Part shown: piece after piece, positions 26,707 through 35,150 of the stretch
Layout: every line of letters begins with the position of its first letter
Position numbering within the stretch: the stretch's first letter is position 1
Assembly: GCA_964291235.2 (NCBI GenBank)
Contig: OZ219815.1
Span: forward strand, 160,001 to 224,000
Source: Vicinamibacteria bacterium
Lineage (GTDB): Bacteria; Acidobacteriota; Vicinamibacteria; Marinacidobacterales; Marinacidobacteraceae
Length of the DNA stretch: 64,000 bases
Direction of reading: 5' to 3'
Notes under the pieces: generated by a model
What the model saw: the letters and a program-made list of their open reading frames with translations, nothing else
Databases searched by the model: none
Told to the model about the DNA's origin: nothing
Position numbers and translations under genes: made by a program

Positions 26707-27276
26707 GTGATTTCCGGGCGCCGCGTGTTCCTCGTCCTGGCGACTGGGGCGGCGTTTCTCACCGCCGCTCCGGCGCCAGCCACCTCCGCGGAAGCTCCCC
26801 AGGAAACCGGCAGTGAAGTCACGGGCCAAGGTGTTGCGGAGAGGTGGTTTCGCCTGCTGAACGACCTCGACGGCAGCGCAGCGAGCCGGGCGGCGTTCCT
26901 CGCCCTCTACGCCGAGGACGCACTCCACATCCAGGGCCCGACCGGCGACTATCAGCGAGGAGAGGCGACCTACTGGGGGCGCGAGAAGGTCGGGCTGCTC
27001 GTGGACCGACTGCTTGCCGAGTGGAAGGACCACTCCATTCGCCCGCAGGTGGCCACCGCCGGCGAGATTTCGGAGACCGTGTGGGCCGCAGCGGAAGGCC
27101 CCTGGGGCGGGGCGCTGATTGCCGCCCAGTTCACGATCGCCGGCACCCGCCTGGAGGACGAAACCCGCTGGCACATCCCGGGAGCCGCGTTCTTCCGGGT
27201 GCGGGGCGAGGAACTCGTTCGCGTCCGGATCTACCTCGGCCTCGGGGAAGCCGCCGAGGTCGAAATCCAGCGGTGA
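26707..27276 (+). CDS. Exported SnoaL/NTF2-like protein
   Basis: SGRRVFL Tat-like leader; FLALYAEDA, FFRVRGEELVRVRIY; GTG start chosen after a TATGCT box (track start 26635). Confidence 0.6.
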   Translation: MISGRRVFLVLATGAAFLTAAPAPATSAEAPQETGSEVTGQGVAERWFRLLNDLDGSAASRAAFLALYAEDALHIQGPTGDYQRGEATYWGREKVGLLVDRLLAEWKDHSIRPQVATAGEISETVWAAAEGPWGGALIAAQFTIAGTRLEDETRWHIPGAAFFRVRGEELVRVRIYLGLGEAAEVEIQR

Positions 27277-28943
27277 GCAGAACGCCGGCAGCCGGCCGGA
27301 CCGTGTGGCGGCTGGCCGGCCTGGCAGGTGGGATGGTCGCCGCCTCGGCCGCCTGTACCGCTCCGGAACCGGTGGATCTGCTGCTGCACTCCGGTACCGT
27401 GCTGGTGCTTGACGAAGCGGGGACGACCGGGACCGCCATCGCGATTCAGGGCGGCAGGGTGCTGGCGGTGGGCGGCAGCGAACTCCTCGACCGCTACGCC
27501 GCCGAGCGCAAGATGGACCTCGCCGGACGCACCGCGATGCCCGGGTTCAACGACGCGCACATCCACATCCGCGGCCGGGCGCGCCGGCACATTCCGCTGG
27601 CCGGGATCTCCTCCATCGAGGAACTCCAGGACCTGGTGGCGGCCAAGGCCGACGAACTCGGCACGGGGGAATGGATCACCGGTTACGGGTGGTCCGAGGA
27701 CGAGGTCCGGGAGCAGCGGCGGCCGCTCAGGGCCGACCTCGACGCCGCTGCTCCCGAGAACCCGGTCATCCTCACCCGGGCCGGTGGCCACAGCGCGGTG
27801 GCCTCAAGCCTCGCGCTATCGCTCGCCGGGGTGGACCGGAACACGCCGCAACCGGATGGCGGAGTGATCGAGAGCGGCCCGGACGGCGCCTTGAACGGGG
27901 TGATCCGGGAGCGGCAGGACCTCGTCTCGCGCCTCGTGCCCGACGCCACCCCGGAGGAACTCCGCGAGAGCTTCATCGCCGCGCTCCGCGACCTGCTGGG
28001 TCTCGGGATTACGAGCATCGTCCACGCCGGCGTGGCGCCTTCGCGTTTTGGGGAGTGGGAATCCGTCTATGCCGAGTTCGGGGACGAACTGCCCCGCGCC
28101 GCCGTCCAGGTGCGTTGGGCGGGTACCGAGGCCATGGAGGCGTTCGGCCGGTTGAGCGGCGAGGGCGACGAGCGTCTCCGGGTGGGACCGCTCAAGGTGT
28201 TCGTGGATGGTGGTTTCACCGGTCCGGCGGCCTACACCAAGGAGCCCTACCGGGGCGAGGAGTCCTACCGCGGCAGCCTGGTCCGTCCCGAAGAGGAATT
28301 TCGGGCCATCGTCCGCGAGGCGCACGCGATGGGGTGGCAGTTCGCCTTCCATGCGATCGGGGACGCCGCGATCGAACTCACGGTGGACGCTTTCGCCGAC
28401 GCCCTCGCCGACGAGCCGCGGCCGGACCACCGGCATGCATTGAACCACTTCACGGTGCCGCCTTCGGACGAGACGATGGACCGGATGGCGGAACTCGGGA
28501 TCCTCATCATCCAGCAGCCCAACTTCACCTATACGCTCGAAGGCCGTTACCGGGAGTACCTGGACGGGTATCGCCTCGAGCGGAACAACCCGGTCGGCTC
28601 GCCGATGGAGCGGGGGGTGTTCGTCGCGCTCTCGAGCGACATCCTGCCCATCGGGCCAATGGTGGGGCTCTATGCCGCAACCACCCGGAAGGGGATGTCC
28701 GGAGAGATCTACGGCGGACCCCAGGAAGCGATCTCCATCGAGGAGGCCCTCATCGGCTACACCCGGAACGGGGCCTTCGTGACTCGCGAAGAGGGAATCA
28801 AGGGGACCCTGGCGCCGGGGATGCTCGCCGACGTCGTGGTGCTCTCGGCGGATCCGCGGACGGTCGAGCCCGAGGGGCTCCTGGACGTCAAGGTGGAGAT
28901 GACGATCGTGGGGGGCCGGGTTCTCTACGAAAAACCCTCCTGA
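27273..28943 (+). CDS. Amidohydrolase (YtcJ-like, amidohydro_3)
   Basis: PGFNDAHIH, KVFVDG, HAIGD, SSD, GTLAPGMLADVVVL; GTGA overlap with the upstream gene. Confidence 0.9.
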   Translation: MSRTPAAGRTVWRLAGLAGGMVAASAACTAPEPVDLLLHSGTVLVLDEAGTTGTAIAIQGGRVLAVGGSELLDRYAAERKMDLAGRTAMPGFNDAHIHIRGRARRHIPLAGISSIEELQDLVAAKADELGTGEWITGYGWSEDEVREQRRPLRADLDAAAPENPVILTRAGGHSAVASSLALSLAGVDRNTPQPDGGVIESGPDGALNGVIRERQDLVSRLVPDATPEELRESFIAALRDLLGLGITSIVHAGVAPSRFGEWESVYAEFGDELPRAAVQVRWAGTEAMEAFGRLSGEGDERLRVGPLKVFVDGGFTGPAAYTKEPYRGEESYRGSLVRPEEEFRAIVREAHAMGWQFAFHAIGDAAIELTVDAFADALADEPRPDHRHALNHFTVPPSDETMDRMAELGILIIQQPNFTYTLEGRYREYLDGYRLERNNPVGSPMERGVFVALSSDILPIGPMVGLYAATTRKGMSGEIYGGPQEAISIEEALIGYTRNGAFVTREEGIKGTLAPGMLADVVVLSADPRTVEPEGLLDVKVEMTIVGGRVLYEKPS

Positions 28944-28989
28944 GGAACCCCGTTTCCGGAGCTGAGGCACGGGTGTTACCTTCCGGACC

Positions 28990-29967
28990 ATGCACCGTCT
29001 CCTCCCTGCCCTGATCCTCGCCGCCGCCTGTTCGGCGCCCCCCGAAACGCCGGAAACGCCAGCCGAATCCACGGTCGATTCGACGGATTCGCTGCCGCCG
29101 ATCCTCGCCCAGAACGCTTTCCTCTACTACTCCAACCTCGCCGAGGCGGAGGCGTTCTACCGGGACACTCTCGGGCTGCCACTTGCCGCGGACTTCGGGT
29201 TCGCCAAGATGTTCCAGGTCGCGGAGTCGGCGTATCTCACGCTGGTGGACGAGGCGGAGGGCATGCACAGCGCCGACGAACCGAAGACGGTGGCCTTCGC
29301 GTTGATTACCGATCACCTCGCCGCCTGGCAGGAGCGGCTCGACGAAGCGGGCGCCAACTTCCGGAGCCGTTTCGATCCGGAGGCCGCGGATCCGGAGGCC
29401 CCCCACCACGGCTTCACGGTCTTCGACCCGGGTGGCTACATCCTGGAGTTCGAGCGGTTTCTGCCCCACCCCGAGAACGTGGACCTGATGCCGATCCTGG
29501 ACACCACCGAACCGCTCGGCGGGGACGACGCGGCGGCGGGGCCGGGGATGGGGTTCGAGGCCATGATCGTCTGGCTCTACTACCCGAACATCCCGGAGAT
29601 GCTCGACTGGTACCAGACGACCTTCGGCTTCCCCGAGAGCCTGGACCAGGGCTGGGTAAAGGGGCTGCGCACCTCCTACGCCGGATTCATCGCGCTCGTG
29701 GACTCCACCCGCGGCATGCACTCCTTCACCGAGGACAAGGCGGTCACGGTGAGCTTCTTCGTGGACGACGTGCAACCCTGGTACGACCACCTCGAGGCAT
29801 CCGAGGGGTACCGCTCCCGTACCGGAATCACCAGCGAGAGCGACCGGGTGACGGTCTTCGTGGGCTACGACCCGGGGAACTACTTCCTCGAGTTCGACAC
29901 CTTCGTGGACGCACCGGGGAACGAGGAACTGCGGGCGCAACTCAAGGCGGTAAGGATCGCGGAGTAG
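28990..29967 (+). CDS. Lipoprotein with tandem VOC/glyoxalase domains
   Basis: LAAAC lipobox; internal duplication GMHSADEPKTV/GMHSFTEDKAV and DPGGYILEF/DPGNYFLEF. Confidence 0.8.
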   Translation: MHRLLPALILAAACSAPPETPETPAESTVDSTDSLPPILAQNAFLYYSNLAEAEAFYRDTLGLPLAADFGFAKMFQVAESAYLTLVDEAEGMHSADEPKTVAFALITDHLAAWQERLDEAGANFRSRFDPEAADPEAPHHGFTVFDPGGYILEFERFLPHPENVDLMPILDTTEPLGGDDAAAGPGMGFEAMIVWLYYPNIPEMLDWYQTTFGFPESLDQGWVKGLRTSYAGFIALVDSTRGMHSFTEDKAVTVSFFVDDVQPWYDHLEASEGYRSRTGITSESDRVTVFVGYDPGNYFLEFDTFVDAPGNEELRAQLKAVRIAE

Positions 29968-30007
29968 GGAGCCTGAGGCGTCTTCGCCGGCCAGAACCGG
30001 GAAACGT

Positions 30008-30352
30008 TCAGGAAGGCGCGGTCCCCGAGCTCGGGGACACCATGGCTTCGGCCACCCAGTCGAGGTAGCCGGGCGAGCCGACGCCGACCTCGAAGGCGAG
30101 GAATTCGGGGGTGTCGTACGGGTGGAGTTCAAGCACCCGCCCCTTCAGCGGTCCGACACCCGCCGCGGTCGTCTTCATCAGGAGGAGCACTTCCTCATCG
30201 CGCTGCACCTCGCCCTCCCACCGGTAGATCGATGCCACCGCGCCGATCACGTTAACGCAGGCAGCGAGCCGCTCCTCCACCAGGACTGCCGCGAGCCGTT
30301 CGCCCTCGTCGCGGGAGGCGAGCGTGGTCAGCGCGATCCAGCAGTCGGCCAT
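30008..30352 (-). CDS. cutA: Divalent-cation tolerance protein CutA
   Basis: LVEERLAACVN, SIYRWEG, KTT, HPYDTPE. Confidence 0.95.
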   Translation of the reverse strand: MADCWIALTTLASRDEGERLAAVLVEERLAACVNVIGAVASIYRWEGEVQRDEEVLLLMKTTAAGVGPLKGRVLELHPYDTPEFLAFEVGVGSPGYLDWVAEAMVSPSSGTAPS

Positions 30353-30372
30353 CGCCGGCGCCGCCGGCCGGC

Positions 30373-30996
30373 TCAGGCGGCCGCCAGCTCGGCGGCCTGG
30401 GCTTCGCCGGCGAGTTCGCCCGCCACCACGAAGGTTCGCCGGGCAGCGTGAACCGCCGCTTCCGGATCGCCGAGGGTCGCGCCCGTCCGGTCGATGGCGC
30501 TCCGGAAATCCTTCCAGCGGGCCCGCTGGTGGTCTCCGTAGGGGTCGAAGTAGCGAAGACTCTCCGCCAACTCCGGGCGCTGTTCCTCCACCGCGCGCCG
30601 GATGAAGCGGTTGCCGTTCATGGAGCCCTCGATCACGTAGAAGGCGCCGAGGGCCGCTTGTGGACTCCAGGACTCGCCGCCCAGCGCGTCCTGAAACTGA
30701 ACGACCGCGGGAGACGCCGCGGACCGCCGCGGGCCGGCATCCAGACTCTCCAGATCCAGCACCAGCCGATCGGCGTGCCCCTTCATCGCGCTGGCAAAGG
30801 CGCTCCAGTCGGGTCCCTGCGCAAGGAGCCGCGAGTAGATGATCCGGACCAGGTCGAGAAGTCCCGACTGATGCGTAACGAGCGCGGCGCGGGAAACCTC
30901 GCCCCGAACCAGAGCTCGCAGGAACACGTGGTTCTCGGCGTCCGCGTGCTGTTCGGCGGTAGCCGCCTTCAGGCGATCGGCGAGTCCGCCGGACAT
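30373..30996 (-). CDS. Biliverdin-producing heme oxygenase (HemO/BphO-like)
   Basis: RLKAATAEQH proximal His; YVIEGSMNG distal helix; RWKDF; AARRTF. Confidence 0.85.
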   Translation of the reverse strand: MSGGLADRLKAATAEQHADAENHVFLRALVRGEVSRAALVTHQSGLLDLVRIIYSRLLAQGPDWSAFASAMKGHADRLVLDLESLDAGPRRSAASPAVVQFQDALGGESWSPQAALGAFYVIEGSMNGNRFIRRAVEEQRPELAESLRYFDPYGDHQRARWKDFRSAIDRTGATLGDPEAAVHAARRTFVVAGELAGEAQAAELAAA

Positions 30997-31001
30997 GACG
31001 G

Positions 31002-31160
31002 TTACCGGATTACCGCCCAGGCGGCGGCGGCCGCCACTCCGAGCCAGATCAGCCCCTTGATCAGGAAGAACAGGAAAGCTGCGCCGGCCAACCGCTTCAC
31101 GAGACGGCTGTTCGCGCCGGGAAATCGTTGCCAGAAGTTCGTCGCGGATTCCGTAGTCAC
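31002..31160 (-). CDS. Small membrane protein, 52 aa (absent from ORF track)
   Basis: GTG..TAA reads MTTESATNFWQRFPGANSRLVKRLAGAAFLFFLIKGLIWLGVAAAAAWAVIR; ends 5 bp before the heme oxygenase ATG; promoter directly upstream. Confidence 0.7.
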   Translation of the reverse strand: MTTESATNFWQRFPGANSRLVKRLAGAAFLFFLIKGLIWLGVAAAAAWAVIR

Positions 31161-31166
31161 GCCGAC

Positions 31167-31195
31167 AGGATAGAAACGAATGCCCTACCGGTCAA
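31167..31195 (-). promoter_or_regulatory. Sigma70-type promoter giving a leaderless transcript
   Basis: TTGACC(31195-31190)-N17-TATCCT(31172-31167), then 6 nt to GTG31160. Confidence 0.6.
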
Positions 31196-31196
31196 G

Positions 31197-32756
31197 TTAT
31201 CCGGGGACCCGGACGAACCGGGTCTCTCCGAAGGACAGGCCGGCTGGCCTGCCGGCCGGGTCGAGCTGGAACGTGATCAGCACTTCGCCGCGCCAGCGGG
31301 CGTCCCACGCGACCCGGAAGGTCTCGTGGCTCCAGTGGGTCAACGGCCCCCGGAGGCCCGGGCCGTACTCGAGGCGAAGCCCCTCGTCCCCGGCCCGGAC
31401 CACGATTTCACCGCCAACCTCGTGCCGGTAGGTTCCCGCGTACCCGGACGGCGCCAGGTGTGGGGTGGTGTTTTCCGTCCGCGTTTCCCGAAGGGCGGCG
31501 AGCGCCTTTTCCTGCGCTTCGGCAAGACCGTCATAGAGCGTCTTCAATTCCGAACTCCAATCGCGGACAGGCTTTCCGAGCAGGGCATCGAGACCCCGCA
31601 GCAGGAGGGCGTGCCGGACCTCCACATGGTCCCGGTTTCCAAGGACATAGACGCCGATTCCCTCGTCCCGGATCAGGCCCGCGATGGCCACCATTCCGTC
31701 GATGCTTCCGGTGTGGAAATCGAGAGCCTCTCCATCGTAATCCTGCTGGAACCAGCCGAGGCCGTAGGTGACCCACTTCGGCTTCGTCAGTTGCTGGGTC
31801 GGATAGAACCCGGCCCGGTCCACGAGCGATTGCGGGCGGAACATCTCCTCGACGACCGCCTCGCTGAGGATGCGCGTTCCGTCAGCAGCCACTCCGGACG
31901 CGAGGAGCATCCGCAGCCAGAGCGACATCTCACGGGCCGAACTCCACACCGAACCCGCTGCGGCCACCGAGTCCACCGGAGCGTTCTCGATCACCACTGT
32001 CTCGCCATCCACGACGTGGTGGGGCGAGGCCACGTTGTCACGGCCTCGGGTCAGGGCAATCAGCGGCACCGTGCGTTCCATACCCAGTCGATCGAAGATG
32101 CGGGAGTCCACGAAGTCGTGCCACGGCATCCCCGATACGCGCTTCACCACCTCGCCGGCGGTTGCGTACATAACGTTTTGGTAGATGAAACCGGACCGCA
32201 TCGAGTACGCCGTTTCGACGTGACGAAGCCGCGAGAGCATCTCGTCCATGTCGGTGTCCTGCCCGTACCAGAAGAGGTCGGTGTTCGGCAGGCCCCCGCG
32301 GTGGGTGAGGAGATCCCGTACTGTCATCGCCTCGCTGACCCAGGGATCGGCTACTTCGAACTCGGGGATGTGCTTCCGCACCGGGTCATCCCAGCCGAGC
32401 TTTCCCTCGTCCACCAGGATCCCCAGCGTCGCCGCGGTCAGGGCCTTCGTGGTCGAGCCGATCGAGAACAGGGTGTCTGCATCCACGGCGTCGGGTTTGC
32501 CGAGTTCGCGGGCGCCGTATCCACGCGCGAACAACAGTTCCTGACCCCGCACCACCGCGACGGCGAGCCCGGTGGCGTTCCAGTCGGAGACCGCCTGCTC
32601 GACGTAGGCGTGGAACGCCTCGGCGTCGAACGTCTCGGCGGCGCCAACCGGGGGCGTCGCGAAGACGCACACCGCCAGCGATAGCGCGCACCAGACCCGG
32701 CGAATTGCCGATTTCCCTCGTCGTTGCATCAGATGCCGGTCCTTTCCTCCGGTCAA
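31197..32756 (-). CDS. Serine hydrolase, beta-lactamase-related family with C-terminal DUF3471-like domain
   Basis: SxxK (GSTTK), LLTHRGG, YQN, HTGS; signal peptide; start may be ATG32729. Confidence 0.9.
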   Translation of the reverse strand: MTGGKDRHLMQRRGKSAIRRVWCALSLAVCVFATPPVGAAETFDAEAFHAYVEQAVSDWNATGLAVAVVRGQELLFARGYGARELGKPDAVDADTLFSIGSTTKALTAATLGILVDEGKLGWDDPVRKHIPEFEVADPWVSEAMTVRDLLTHRGGLPNTDLFWYGQDTDMDEMLSRLRHVETAYSMRSGFIYQNVMYATAGEVVKRVSGMPWHDFVDSRIFDRLGMERTVPLIALTRGRDNVASPHHVVDGETVVIENAPVDSVAAAGSVWSSAREMSLWLRMLLASGVAADGTRILSEAVVEEMFRPQSLVDRAGFYPTQQLTKPKWVTYGLGWFQQDYDGEALDFHTGSIDGMVAIAGLIRDEGIGVYVLGNRDHVEVRHALLLRGLDALLGKPVRDWSSELKTLYDGLAEAQEKALAALRETRTENTTPHLAPSGYAGTYRHEVGGEIVVRAGDEGLRLEYGPGLRGPLTHWSHETFRVAWDARWRGEVLITFQLDPAGRPAGLSFGETRFVRVPG

Positions 32757-33086
32757 CTCCTTTCGTCAACTCCGCTTGTCCGGGGATGGAGCGCACCCTC
32801 TCCGCCCGAACCCCAAAGGTATCGCACCCGCACCCATCCACGCCCATCCGGGAATTCGGTTCTGGAGCCGGTGAAGAGGCTGCAAATTGGACTTTTCGTG
32901 TCACCCGTGCCATGTTGCAGGGGTGACACACATGACAAGCAATAGAGAGAGTTTGCGCACCACGATGCGTTCCCTATGGATGCTCATCGGGGCGATCGTT
33001 CGCTGGATCGGCTGGAGGCTGGGACTCCGCTAGATCGACAACGCCGAGCCGTTCTCGACTTCCAGAGGGCTGCCGGGCGTCGCTTC

Positions 33087-33986
33087 CTAACGCCCGGCCA
33101 CGCAGGGTTCTTCGCGGGGAAGGAGGGAGCGTGCGAGGAGTTGGTGCAGGGTTCCCTCGAAGTCCCATCGGGTGCCATGATTTGCGTCGGCGAAGATCTC
33201 CAGGAGATCGGCCGCGACCTGCCCCTCGTACACCCGGCACTCGAAGCCCTCCACGTCCTCCTCCGGGGGAGGCGGGTCCGGGAGCGGCCACGGCCGGTCG
33301 TTGAGCACTGACGGATCGGGAAGCATCGCCCCAGCGCTCACGTACACCTGCACGCGCTCCCCGGAGTAGGTCTCGGCGGCCGTATCCGCGGCCGCCCGGT
33401 CCAGCAGTGCCATCAAATCCCGGATCGCGGCGACGCGCGGATCGGTGTGAGCCGATGAAGCGAGCGCGTCCACCCGCAAGAGATGCAGGCCGCGCTGGTC
33501 CCGCAGATAGATCTCGGTGGCCGGGATGTCGGCGATGATCGGCCCGCTCTCCGGCTGGGGAATGTTCTCTTCCCCCACCTGGGAGACACCGGTGGCTGCC
33601 GTGGCCTCGATGATCGCCGCCAGATCCGCCTCGGAAACGCTCGCCTGCTGGATGTTCGGGAGGAGTGGGCCCGGAAAGATCGCGATGGTCGGCCCCTCGT
33701 AGAACAACTCGCCGCCCACGGTCAGCGCGTACTGGGGGGGCCGGCCCAGCAGGTACTCGATCGGGACGAAAGCCGGGCCCTCCCAGACTTCCAGAAAGAA
33801 ATGTCCGGCGTCATCGGGAAGATCGAGTGTGGCGGGCGGCGGCCCGACGGGGGGCGGCTCCGGAGGCGGCGGCGCCGTGGGAGCGGGAGCGTCGTCCGAT
33901 CCGCAGCCGGCAGCAGCCGCCAACACAACGAACAGCGCCAGCGGCCAGCCGCCGACCGGGCGCGATCGGGAACGGGAGTGCACCAT
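33087..33986 (-). CDS. Hypothetical lipoprotein
   Basis: GGAGG then ATG33986; AAAGC lipobox; Pro-rich linker; IADIPAT and WPLPDP motifs. Confidence 0.65.
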   Translation of the reverse strand: MVHSRSRSRPVGGWPLALFVVLAAAAGCGSDDAPAPTAPPPPEPPPVGPPPATLDLPDDAGHFFLEVWEGPAFVPIEYLLGRPPQYALTVGGELFYEGPTIAIFPGPLLPNIQQASVSEADLAAIIEATAATGVSQVGEENIPQPESGPIIADIPATEIYLRDQRGLHLLRVDALASSAHTDPRVAAIRDLMALLDRAAADTAAETYSGERVQVYVSAGAMLPDPSVLNDRPWPLPDPPPPEEDVEGFECRVYEGQVAADLLEIFADANHGTRWDFEGTLHQLLARSLLPREEPCVAGR

Positions 33987-34000
33987 GATTCCTCCGGGAT

Positions 34001-35107
34001 TCAGGCTCCGAGGGTTGCCCGGACGGCGAGACCGAGGCCGTAGAGGACACCCGAGAGCACGAGACCCACGGATGCCAGGCGGAGCCCGCTGCGCACCCCG
34101 GACCGTCCGGTGAACAGGCTGGTGGCGGCTCCTGAAATGAAGAGGGCCACCCCGCTCAGAGCCACCGCCCCCAGCACCGCGGCGTCGCTTCCCAGGCCGG
34201 CCGCCGGCAGCAGGGCGAGGGGCAGCAGCGGGACCAGCGCTCCGCTGCCGAAGCTCAGGAACGACGCCAGCGCCGAAGCCCATGGCGATCCCAGATCGTC
34301 CGGGTTCAGCCCCAGTTCCTCGCGCGTCAGGACATCCAGCGCCCGGGCCGGCTCGCTGATGAGACGCTTGCCGAGTTCCCGCGCCGTTTCGCGGTCCAGC
34401 CCGCGCGCCTCGAAGATCATGGCCAACTCTTCGGCCTCGTCGTCCGGATAGAGCCGCAGTTCCTCCTCCTCGAGAGCGATCTGGCGCTCGTAGAGTTCGA
34501 TCCGGGAGCGAACCCCGAGGTACTCCCCCGCGGCCATGGACACCGCTCCGGCGACCATCCCGGCGGCGCCGATGAGCAGCGCCGTCCCCGGAGCGGCGCC
34601 GGCGCCGCTGGCGGCCAGGATCAGGGCGGTGTTGGACACCAGTCCGTCGTTGGCTCCGAAGATGGCGGCATGGAGCGCCACCGCCCCGCGGGTGTAGAGG
34701 TGGCGCTGCTCCTCCCCGAGCAGATGATCGCGGGACTCCGGCCGGGAGAGCATTCCACCGGTCTCGCGCGCGAGGAGCACCTCGAGGCTCGACGGCGCCG
34801 ACCGGTACACGGAGAGGCCGCGCACCTTGAGAGCGGCAAGCGCCGGGAGCAGGGAACGGGGGCCGATCCTGCGGATGAGCGTTCCCACGAGCCGCACCCG
34901 AAAGGGCGCTTCGTAGGGCCCCGGCGGAGATCCCCCCGCCTCCTCGATCGCCTTGACCCAGGCTTTGCTCTGCTCGAGCGCGTCCGCCGACAGCGCCTTG
35001 AAGAGACGCTCGTTTTCACCGGTCTCGACTTCGGCGAGCACCAGGTAGAGCCAGGCGGCCTGGACCTCGCTCTCCCAACTGTCGAGCAGCGACGCCGTCT
35101 CCGCCAT
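34001..35107 (-). CDS. VIT1/CCC1 family metal transporter with N-terminal ferritin-like domain
   Basis: AAIFGANDGLVSN, AGAVSMAAGEY, REELGLNPDDLGSPW, GALVPLLP. Confidence 0.9.
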   Translation of the reverse strand: MAETASLLDSWESEVQAAWLYLVLAEVETGENERLFKALSADALEQSKAWVKAIEEAGGSPPGPYEAPFRVRLVGTLIRRIGPRSLLPALAALKVRGLSVYRSAPSSLEVLLARETGGMLSRPESRDHLLGEEQRHLYTRGAVALHAAIFGANDGLVSNTALILAASGAGAAPGTALLIGAAGMVAGAVSMAAGEYLGVRSRIELYERQIALEEEELRLYPDDEAEELAMIFEARGLDRETARELGKRLISEPARALDVLTREELGLNPDDLGSPWASALASFLSFGSGALVPLLPLALLPAAGLGSDAAVLGAVALSGVALFISGAATSLFTGRSGVRSGLRLASVGLVLSGVLYGLGLAVRATLGA

Positions 35108-35150
35108 CACCGAATCCCCAGGTCCGGGCAGCGCGGTCGAAGGATCCGCT

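Noticed and set aside
31197-32756. Beta-lactam resistance gene
   Set aside because: SxxK/YxN hydrolase with a DUF3471-like tail belongs to the broad esterase/peptidase group; nothing supports beta-lactamase activity
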